From positions 1 through 24,587 of the IMG/VR virus record IMGVR_UViG_3300030376_004674: a DNA stretch of 24,587 bases. One strand, written 5' to 3'. Origin of the DNA: a virus. Taxonomy: Duplodnaviria > Caudoviricetes. Below are positions 17,465 to 24,587 of this stretch, one piece after another (within the stretch, counting starts at the first letter, position 1; the number at the start of each line of letters is the position of its first letter). The position numbers and the translations under genes are program-made. The notes under the pieces were generated by a model. That model did not search any database. It was not told where the DNA came from and was given only the letters and a program-made list of their open reading frames with translations.

Positions 17465-18295
17465 TTAATTTAATCTTTTTTCTATACTTGCGTATATTTC
17501 CATACCTTCATCAGTTTTAAACCAATGCGCTAAAGCAGTATATGGGTGCTCATCAAATGGCACGGTCATTAACTTTCTTTTATTAGAAGCCCACATAAAA
17601 GTTCTTTGGTCTTCGGATAATTGTAATATACCGTTTTCATTTGCTTTAATACCAACATTTCTAAGGTAAACATTGTCATCGCCAGCTAGTTCTAAAAACA
17701 AATCAGGGTTGCTACGAGCAAATACTAATAAATCTCTTTTGAGCTCCTTAGAACTCATCTTAGATACCTTAGAACCTAACTCTACACGCATAATTGCTTC
17801 TGCCATATCTATATCCATTTCTCTAGCTGCTAGCAACGCGTCTATTTCTATATTTAAATCGTCTAAATCGTTTATAGCTTCTTTTTTTCTAGAAACTTCT
17901 AACCAAGCTTTACCAGCTTGAGGGTGATATATAGATAACAACTTTTGAAGAATAACTTTGTTTTTTGGAACAGCTAATACACCATTTCTAAAAATAATTC
18001 TTCCTCTAACAACGTCACCTTTCATCTCGTCTACAAAAACTGTGTTTTGGTTTTCAGCATACATTACTTCTCTTTCATGCCCTTTTTCATCGTCAAACCA
18101 ATACAAACCCCTGCTTTTAAACCAATGAGACAAAGGTTGTCTACCGCCTGTTAACTTGTATATTCTGTCTTTTAATTCCCAACCATCAACAACTCTGTTA
18201 GTCGGTTCTTTTCTTTTTGGTTGTTTTACAACCGGATCTACGTGCTCGTCGCCAGGATCTCCTTGGTACGAGGCTTTTGTTTGTTTTTTTGCCAT
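17465..18295 (-). CDS. Conserved crAss-like protein encoded directly after the capsid gene, function unknown, 276 aa
   Basis: Intact ORF with an AT-rich start context. Synteny with the conserved post-MCP gene of crAss-like capsid modules. Confidence 0.6.
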   Translation of the reverse strand: MAKKQTKASYQGDPGDEHVDPVVKQPKRKEPTNRVVDGWELKDRIYKLTGGRQPLSHWFKSRGLYWFDDEKGHEREVMYAENQNTVFVDEMKGDVVRGRIIFRNGVLAVPKNKVILQKLLSIYHPQAGKAWLEVSRKKEAINDLDDLNIEIDALLAAREMDIDMAEAIMRVELGSKVSKMSSKELKRDLLVFARSNPDLFLELAGDDNVYLRNVGIKANENGILQLSEDQRTFMWASNKRKLMTVPFDEHPYTALAHWFKTDEGMEIYASIEKRLN

Positions 18296-18321
18296 AATAT
18301 AATATATAATAAAATTAATAA
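18292..18321 (-). promoter_or_regulatory. AT-only, Shine-Dalgarno-less translation initiation region, near-duplicated at 21032-21060
   Basis: Minus strand TTATTAATTTTATTATATATTATATT-ATGG here versus TTATTAATTATTATTATATTATATT-ATGG upstream of 21035. A at -3 and no SD, consistent with Bacteroidota-type initiation. Confidence 0.55.
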
Positions 18322-18354
18322 AAAGAAAGGGTCGAGGCCGAAGCCTCGATCCTT
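18320..18354 (-). terminator. Rho-independent terminator downstream of the major capsid gene
   Basis: Minus strand AAGGATCGAGGC-TTCG-GCCTCGACCCTT-TCTTTTT: GC-rich stem (one mismatch), cUUCGg tetraloop and U-tract, 14 nt after the MCP stop. Confidence 0.9.
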
Positions 18355-18368
18355 AATATAAATAATGC

Positions 18369-19841
18369 TTAAGCAGCTCCTTTAAATAATACGAAGTTGT
18401 TAGCACCTTGAGTTACTAAACATCTTTCAGAAAGCATGTGCATTTCCATTGCATCTAAATCAGATGTAACAGCTCCAACCGAACCAGTAGTCCAAGTTTT
18501 TAGCTTTCTACTTTCCATGTTAGAAGCTCTATATCTAACGTGTAAGAAAGGACGTTTCATGTTTCTACCCATACCTTGGTCATAAACAGTAGATACACCA
18601 GCTGGGATCATAACTCCTCTGATAGCATTAGTTGCATCAGTAGCGTTAATTAATCCTCTAGTAGAAGCATCGTTTAGGTATTTAAAGTCAGACTTGTAGA
18701 AGTCATAAGAACCTCTTCTAAATCCTGTAAATCCTAAGTTTATTGCCATGTCTTCTGAGTTGTTAAATACACCATAAGAAGTACCACCGTTATAACCACC
18801 GTTTTGTGCAGCTAAAATATCATCTAACTTTAAGCTAGTAGTTCTATCCATGAAGAACATATTTTCTTCAATAGCACCGTTTGCATCAAGCTCATGAATT
18901 AACTCATCATAATCAGTCATGTCAGCCATTGTATTAGCTACGTTACCTCTAGTTTCTAAAGCTTCAAATAAACCTTCAGTACCAGAAATTTTTCCACCAT
19001 GGTGACCACCAGAAGTAGTACCAGCAGTTGCTGCTTCAACAGATTCTAACATTGCCATTTCTAAATAATCAGCAAAACGAGACTTAGTATCACCAGCAGC
19101 TTTTAAGTACCACATGTAACCATTTTGTCCGTCTTCACCAGAAACTTCAACCCAACCAACTTGAGAAGCGTCAGATCCAGAGATCTCATACTTGTCTTTT
19201 AGTATAATTGGCTTGTTAGTTCTAGATAAGAACTGTGGCTTGTTTGCACCAGCTCTACCATTAACACCTTTTGCATATTCAGATCCAAAAACTAATACTG
19301 ATACGTCACCAGCAGCTAACGAACTAGAAGCAATGTTTGCTCCATCGTAACGCTCCCAAGTAACAGCTCCAGTGTTAGTTGCAGTTGAATCATCAACACC
19401 TGCTACAGCTGTAACATAACCTCTTGCAGTTGAATCAGCATCTGATACTAAAATCATATCTCCTGGTCTAATACCATGAAGTATAGCTGAAGTTGTACTA
19501 GTTACTGATTTTCCATCAGCGTCAGTAGAACCTGCATCAAACTTTAATGTTCCAGTTGTTGTACTTACTGTTAAAGCAACAGCTTTGTACGATAAATGTA
19601 ATCTACCTTGCTCAGACCAAATAACTTGATCAGAAGCCATAGCTTCTTCAGCTCCTACTTGAGCTAAGAAACCCGAAATTGTTCTATTACCAAACACTTC
19701 AGCTTCCGCCTCCATTAAGTCTGGTAAATATTGTTGAGCCCATCCATTTCCATTGGCAGTAAAGTCAATGTAATTAGTAGCCAACGTTTGTTTTAACGGT
19801 GCTGGAGTATAACCAGCTGCCGTTACACCTGTAATTGCCAT
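18369..19841 (-). CDS. Major capsid protein (HK97 fold, crAss-like), 490 aa
   Basis: Follows portal and scaffold-like genes and is followed by a strong terminator. Motifs WSEQGRLH, GTEGLF, LGFTGFRRGSYDFYK, SERCLVTQGANNF. Insertion domain with GIRPGDMILV. Confidence 0.88.
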   Translation of the reverse strand: MAITGVTAAGYTPAPLKQTLATNYIDFTANGNGWAQQYLPDLMEAEAEVFGNRTISGFLAQVGAEEAMASDQVIWSEQGRLHLSYKAVALTVSTTTGTLKFDAGSTDADGKSVTSTTSAILHGIRPGDMILVSDADSTARGYVTAVAGVDDSTATNTGAVTWERYDGANIASSSLAAGDVSVLVFGSEYAKGVNGRAGANKPQFLSRTNKPIILKDKYEISGSDASQVGWVEVSGEDGQNGYMWYLKAAGDTKSRFADYLEMAMLESVEAATAGTTSGGHHGGKISGTEGLFEALETRGNVANTMADMTDYDELIHELDANGAIEENMFFMDRTTSLKLDDILAAQNGGYNGGTSYGVFNNSEDMAINLGFTGFRRGSYDFYKSDFKYLNDASTRGLINATDATNAIRGVMIPAGVSTVYDQGMGRNMKRPFLHVRYRASNMESRKLKTWTTGSVGAVTSDLDAMEMHMLSERCLVTQGANNFVLFKGAA

Positions 19842-19862
19842 AATTTTTTAATTTTAAATTAG

Positions 19863-21035
19863 TTATTTATTTTTAATTTTAAACTTAAAGCTAGGAGAAT
19901 CATCGCTTAACACTCTTACTTTAGGACCACTAGTGTTGTCGTTTGAAAACGATTTTCTAGGATCCATACTAACATTTTTAGCTTTAGCAACGCTTTCTTT
20001 TAAAGCATCTGCTTTACCTTGTTGGTAAAAATGATTAGCAATAGCATCGGGATTCATTGCTGTAAATAAAGATTTATGATAACCCGTAGCGTCTGACATC
20101 TCATTTTTTTCGTTCAAAAACCTTTTGACAAAATTATTAATATCGCTTTGGGTTGTTTTAACCTCGTTTGCATTTTTCACGTTAAACCTATATTTTTTAT
20201 CACCGACATTATATTCAAAACCTTTGAACTTGTCGTTAAAAACTTTATTAGTTTTATTTAAAAAAGTATTAGTTTGTTTTTCTGCTATCTTTTGATTTTC
20301 TTCTGACTCTTTGTTGTATCTATTAAAGAAGTTTACAGCTTTTTGTTGTTCAGGCGTTAGCCTACTTCCAGCTTTAATTTCTTCATAGTATTTAGACTTT
20401 TGCCCGTCTAGGTGGCTTTTAGCGCTGGCAACTTGCTCTTTTAACGCTATTTGCTTTTTTCTCACTTCTCTTGCATCATCTTCTTCTTCATCATATGAGA
20501 ATGAATCTTCAATTAAGAAAGTTATTTCGTCATCTGTTAGATGTTTTTTAGTTTGCTTGTAATACTCTCTTAACACGGTCATGTCGTCGTAATTAGAATA
20601 ATCTTGATTAAGACGCACGTAATCTTCTAGTGTACCACCAGTTTCTTCCATGAAATCTACAACTTTTTGTAAATTCTCTGGTATTGCCTTGCCAGTTTCT
20701 TGAGCTTGCTCTATAGCTTCTTCAACCTCTTCCGCTAATTCTTCTGCTTGCTCTTGAACTTCTTCTTCAGTTACCTCTTCTAATACTGGTGCTTCTTCTT
20801 GTGTTTGTTCCTCCGGTTGTACTTCTTCTTGTTTTTCTGTGGCATCGGCACTTTCATCGACTCCAGCCACTCCCTCGTTGTCAGGGTTATCTTCTTTAAC
20901 TTCATCTGTTTTTGGTTTACTTAAATCAACAACATAATCGCCGTCTTCATTAACATTTGGTTTTTTAGTTTCTTCAACTGGTTGTTCAGCTGCTTGTGTA
21001 GTTTCTTCAACTACGTTTTCTACTTTTTCTTCCAT
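19863..21035 (-). CDS. Putative capsid scaffolding/assembly protein, 390 aa
   Basis: Very acidic low-complexity N-terminal ~115 aa, helical remainder, basic C-terminal tail (FKFKIKNK). Lies between portal and MCP. Confidence 0.65.
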   Translation of the reverse strand: MEEKVENVVEETTQAAEQPVEETKKPNVNEDGDYVVDLSKPKTDEVKEDNPDNEGVAGVDESADATEKQEEVQPEEQTQEEAPVLEEVTEEEVQEQAEELAEEVEEAIEQAQETGKAIPENLQKVVDFMEETGGTLEDYVRLNQDYSNYDDMTVLREYYKQTKKHLTDDEITFLIEDSFSYDEEEDDAREVRKKQIALKEQVASAKSHLDGQKSKYYEEIKAGSRLTPEQQKAVNFFNRYNKESEENQKIAEKQTNTFLNKTNKVFNDKFKGFEYNVGDKKYRFNVKNANEVKTTQSDINNFVKRFLNEKNEMSDATGYHKSLFTAMNPDAIANHFYQQGKADALKESVAKAKNVSMDPRKSFSNDNTSGPKVRVLSDDSPSFKFKIKNK

Positions 21036-21063
21036 AATATAATATAATAATAATTAATAATTG

Positions 21064-23484
21064 TTATCTAGGATCAAAGCTACCTAAATTAAAGTTACCT
21101 CCTAATATATCATTACCTGCAGACTCAAAGTTTTTAGGTGGTTTACCATTATTTCTTTGGTCTATCATTTCTGACTGTTGAGTTGCTTGAATTTTAGTTC
21201 TTTGATCTTTACGATCTTCTTTTTCTTTTTCGTTCATTTGTTTGTTTTGAACGTCCATCTGCCTTAACTGCATGTTATAACCAAACTCTACTTCCATTAA
21301 TTGCTTTTTAATTTCAGCTTCTTGTAACATTTTTTGGCTATCTAAGTTTGCTTTTAAACTTTCTAACTCTCCCATTGCAGCTGTTTTAGCTTGTTCTTTT
21401 TGCGCTTCCATTTGAGCAGCCGCTTGTTGTGCTTGAATATTAGCTTGTGACTGTGCTTGTATGTTTTGCTGTTGCATTTGTTGGTCTTTAGCTTGTTTTT
21501 TATTTCTGCGTATTTTTAGTAGCTGATTAGCAAGCTTAATATTTTTTATTTCTCTAAGATCAATAGCATCAGCAAGCTCTATCAACTGCTGTTGTAATGC
21601 CATTTGAATATTGTTTTCTAACTGAGCTTTTTCTTCCTCATCAGGAGTTAATTCTAAAAATATACCAAAGTCATAAAGGTGTAAGTCTTTTAACTCTTCT
21701 AGCGTTCCAACATTGTGAGCGCCTATTTGCTGTATAAAAGCGTCTTTTGTTGGTGAGTATTCTAATATATCAGATATTCTTAACGATAAAGATTCTGCAG
21801 TGTCTTGAGTTAAAAATAATCCAGCTTGTAATATATGTCTTGTTGCTGTGTTACTATTTGCTGCTGCTAATTTCTGCACACCTACTAAAGCGTTTTTATC
21901 TGGCGTAGCAGCGTCTCTAGCTTCATTTAACCCGGTTACGTCTCTTATCATTTGTAAATAATAATTATAGTTACCAATTAAAGACTGCATCTTAGCGCCA
22001 CCATTACCACTAGATATTTCTTGTATTGGCACTTTGCCTGGGTTCATATCACCATCAGAAGTAAATGATCTACCAATTATCGAACCTGTTTGAAAGAACA
22101 TATTTAAAGCTTCTTGTGGATTGTAGTTTGTTCCATTACCTAAATCTATTTCAGCAAGACCATCAGCATCTAAGTATATTCCGTCTGGCACCATACGAGA
22201 CATGACTTGCTGTAACTTCAAATGAGTTAGTTGTATCATATCAGCAAAACCTGTTATTCTACTAACTAAACTTTCTATTCTACCTTTGTACATACGAGGA
22301 GCCACAATACTATAGTTCATTTTAACCTTAGTATAATCGCTTTTTGGTCTCATCATGTTTTTAGCTAATCCCCATTTTAAAAGCTTGTCAGTACCTAATA
22401 TAATAGCACCGTCATAAAGAACTTCTATTTTTTTAGCAAGTCTTTCAAAGCTACCATCAAGGTTTTTTGGTGGATTAAAATTATCATCTTTTTGTATAGC
22501 TTTTTGAGCTCCAGTGCCAGTTTCTTTTATTTTGTAAACCTCGTTCATATAAGTTTTATAATTAAAATATAAAACTTGAACTTTGTTATTATCATTTGTA
22601 GCTGGAGAGTTAAAAGTATTATAGTTGTTTTTATTGTGCATTTTGCTTTTTACTATATCTTCTAACTCTGAAGTTGTTAAATTAGGAAATTGTTTAACAA
22701 GCTCGTTAATAGGTATTAACTTAACCTCACCGACATAATAAATGTCTTCAAAATAAGGTGAATCAGTGTATGAGTATACTAAATCTACAGGATCTACATA
22801 ATCAACGGTAACACCTTCCGATGTGTTAAAGCAAGTTTTTACAGCGCCAATACCTAAAACAGTAAGATCGTAATAAAATCTTTTTTTAGTTAATTCATAT
22901 CTGTTGCCTTCTAACATAACATTTAACGCTTGTTCCTCAGCTAACTCTATAGACTGCTTGTATGTTAACTGCATGTGAAGGTCAAGTTCTTCTTTTGTTT
23001 CTGGCAGAGTTTCTATATCACTTTTATATAAGTCTATACCGGTTGCTTGCATAACACCGTTTTTGTAATCCTTGGTCATCATATCTTCTAGTATATTTTG
23101 CATATACTCAGTTCTTTTGTTTACACCGTAAGGATCTTGTGAATAAGCTTTTATATCAAAAGTTCTTTCTGCAATACCATTTACTACTATATCTACAAAT
23201 TTAGGTATAATAGGAACTGGTTTCCAGTCTAAATTTAAATAAGATAAATCACCATTTATAGATAACTCATCTTTGTATTTTTGTATTGATTGTTCACCTC
23301 TCGCGTATAATCTTAACTTATGAAAATTATTGTGATTACTTGTGTATTTGTTGTGACTTCTATCAGTATGAAACCACTCGTGCTCAATAGCTTGAGCTAC
23401 TTTCAAACCGTATTCAACGCTTTGCTTTTCGCTATCACTAACGACTTGAGAAGGAAAATAACTTGTTATAACAGACTCTGCCAT
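21064..23484 (-). CDS. Portal protein, 806 aa
   Basis: Immediately after the terminase. Motifs PVPIIPKFVDIVVNG and IRDVTGLNEARD. Long Gln-rich C-terminal coiled coil like the barrel of P22-type portals. Confidence 0.9.
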   Translation of the reverse strand: MAESVITSYFPSQVVSDSEKQSVEYGLKVAQAIEHEWFHTDRSHNKYTSNHNNFHKLRLYARGEQSIQKYKDELSINGDLSYLNLDWKPVPIIPKFVDIVVNGIAERTFDIKAYSQDPYGVNKRTEYMQNILEDMMTKDYKNGVMQATGIDLYKSDIETLPETKEELDLHMQLTYKQSIELAEEQALNVMLEGNRYELTKKRFYYDLTVLGIGAVKTCFNTSEGVTVDYVDPVDLVYSYTDSPYFEDIYYVGEVKLIPINELVKQFPNLTTSELEDIVKSKMHNKNNYNTFNSPATNDNNKVQVLYFNYKTYMNEVYKIKETGTGAQKAIQKDDNFNPPKNLDGSFERLAKKIEVLYDGAIILGTDKLLKWGLAKNMMRPKSDYTKVKMNYSIVAPRMYKGRIESLVSRITGFADMIQLTHLKLQQVMSRMVPDGIYLDADGLAEIDLGNGTNYNPQEALNMFFQTGSIIGRSFTSDGDMNPGKVPIQEISSGNGGAKMQSLIGNYNYYLQMIRDVTGLNEARDAATPDKNALVGVQKLAAANSNTATRHILQAGLFLTQDTAESLSLRISDILEYSPTKDAFIQQIGAHNVGTLEELKDLHLYDFGIFLELTPDEEEKAQLENNIQMALQQQLIELADAIDLREIKNIKLANQLLKIRRNKKQAKDQQMQQQNIQAQSQANIQAQQAAAQMEAQKEQAKTAAMGELESLKANLDSQKMLQEAEIKKQLMEVEFGYNMQLRQMDVQNKQMNEKEKEDRKDQRTKIQATQQSEMIDQRNNGKPPKNFESAGNDILGGNFNLGSFDPR

Positions 23485-23486
23485 AT

Positions 23487-24587
23487 TTATTTTTTAATTA
23501 ATTTAGATGTACTACCTGTATTTGAATATTTAGCAATACTTATGTTTAGTTTAGGTTTTACTGTTGGTGCATTTGGTCTGTAAAGGTGTCTATTGCAAGC
23601 CATTATAGCTAAACCCGAGCTAATAGCAGCATCATACTTTGTTCTTTTGTTTATGTCAAATTTAGCCCAGTCGTTTAGCAACTCGTTAAAATACATGCTA
23701 CCATAATTACCATCTTGCTTTAAACCAACATGGTCTTGTATATACATTTCAATAGCTGCAGCGTGAGCTTGTTTTATATCTTCACTTGAGTTGGGTATTC
23801 CACCAACTTCTTTTTCTGCGGTAGATAATTTATTCCATACTTTATCAGGCCTGTTCATGCTAAAACCTCTATAACCACGTCTTCTTAAATAATACAATAG
23901 ACGAGGTTTGTTATTCTCTGCAAGTATAGGCATCCCATAAAATACTAATGCCATTAGAACGTCTTCAAAGAATATCTCTGCTGTTTGTGGTCTTGCTAAG
24001 TATTCTAAAAACATCATGTTTGACGGGGCTTCTTCCATACTAAACTTAGTTAATCCGTGCAAAGCGCCTTTAGAACCTACACCGTCAACAGTTCCTGATA
24101 TATCGTAACTATCACAGCCAAACGCACCTATATGTTCGTTGCCTGGGTATTTAATACCGTTTTTTATTATAACTTTGTTTTGCATATGTTGAGGTGGTAC
24201 CCAACTTACTTTAAATCTACCTTTTGGATCTGGATAAAATATAACATTAGAATCTTTAATACCATTTATCCATTGAAAATTACCTTTTGAAATACCTAAA
24301 GAATTAGACATTTCTTCGTTATAATCTATTTGTTCGTATATTTTTATTAAATTAAATATACTGTTTTTTGTTTCATCTCTAAACGCGTGCTCAGTGGTTC
24401 TTGGAAACTGCCTGTAAAATTCGTTTAAAGCATCTTGATCGTTTTTTAAACCGTCGGCTTCATTTTGCCAACTGTCTATAACACCTATATCTATTAACTC
24501 TCCATGGGGGTCAAAGACGTCATGATCCGGAGTATTGAAGACTGGGCTTCCGTGCTCATCAATAAATCCTTCGTAGTTCCACTCCAT
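23487..24587 (-). CDS. terL: Terminase large subunit, C-terminal (nuclease) part, 5'-truncated by window edge
   Basis: RNase H-like acidic motifs GAFGCDSYD, LAENNK, KYDAAISSGLA. RQFPRTTEHAF linker. Directly upstream of the portal. The ATG at 24587 is probably internal because the ATPase domain is absent. Confidence 0.88.
   Translation of the reverse strand: MEWNYEGFIDEHGSPVFNTPDHDVFDPHGELIDIGVIDSWQNEADGLKNDQDALNEFYRQFPRTTEHAFRDETKNSIFNLIKIYEQIDYNEEMSNSLGISKGNFQWINGIKDSNVIFYPDPKGRFKVSWVPPQHMQNKVIIKNGIKYPGNEHIGAFGCDSYDISGTVDGVGSKGALHGLTKFSMEEAPSNMMFLEYLARPQTAEIFFEDVLMALVFYGMPILAENNKPRLLYYLRRRGYRGFSMNRPDKVWNKLSTAEKEVGGIPNSSEDIKQAHAAAIEMYIQDHVGLKQDGNYGSMYFNELLNDWAKFDINKRTKYDAAISSGLAIMACNRHLYRPNAPTVKPKLNISIAKYSNTGSTSKLIKK

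Noticed and set aside
18244-18290. Imperfect hairpin (ctcgt...acgag) followed by a T-rich run on the + strand, possible antisense terminator
   Set aside because: The stem is bulged and lies in coding sequence. The T run is explained by Lys/Gln codons (MAKKQTK) on the minus strand.
20690-21035. gaa-rich quasi-repeats (ttcttc on + strand)
   Set aside because: Low-complexity Glu-rich coding sequence of the scaffold-like protein, not a discrete repeat array.
1438-23583. All plus-strand ORFs in the track (1438, 2740, 4260, 5241, 6235, 6584, 7443, 7829, 8678, 13695, 14580, 17031, 17673, 23320)
   Set aside because: Each lies antisense to a long minus-strand gene. Most have the Ser/Phe/Leu/Val-rich composition of shadow ORFs, and none shows a recognisable motif.
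1-24587. CRISPR array, tRNA/rRNA, DGR, intron/intein, IS element or integrase
   Set aside because: Intergenic gaps are too short (at most ~75 nt) and I saw no repeat-spacer pattern, RT, homing endonuclease, intein termini or transposase motifs by eye.

Overview
AT-rich fragment of a tailed dsDNA phage genome. It holds the virion morphogenesis module of a crAss-like, Bacteroidota/Flavobacteria-infecting podovirus-type phage. All credible genes are on the minus strand and tightly packed. In transcription order: terminase large subunit (5'-truncated), portal, acidic scaffold-like protein, major capsid protein, a conserved post-capsid protein, two neck/ring proteins (the second broken by a -1 frame change at ~15445), a 2226-aa tail stabilisation/muzzle-like protein, an Ig-domain protein, a small tail protein, and three probable ejected (cargo) proteins. 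The last cargo gene is >1310 codons, runs off the window's left edge and is missing from the ORF track. It appears to be a polyvalent protein with Gly/Ala hydrophobic segments, an HEXXH zincin domain and a sigma70 region-2-like domain, with recurrent 'FSK' motifs at domain boundaries. This candidate virion-delivered protease/sigma-like polyprotein is the most interesting element. Family assignments come from motif recognition and synteny, not database searches.
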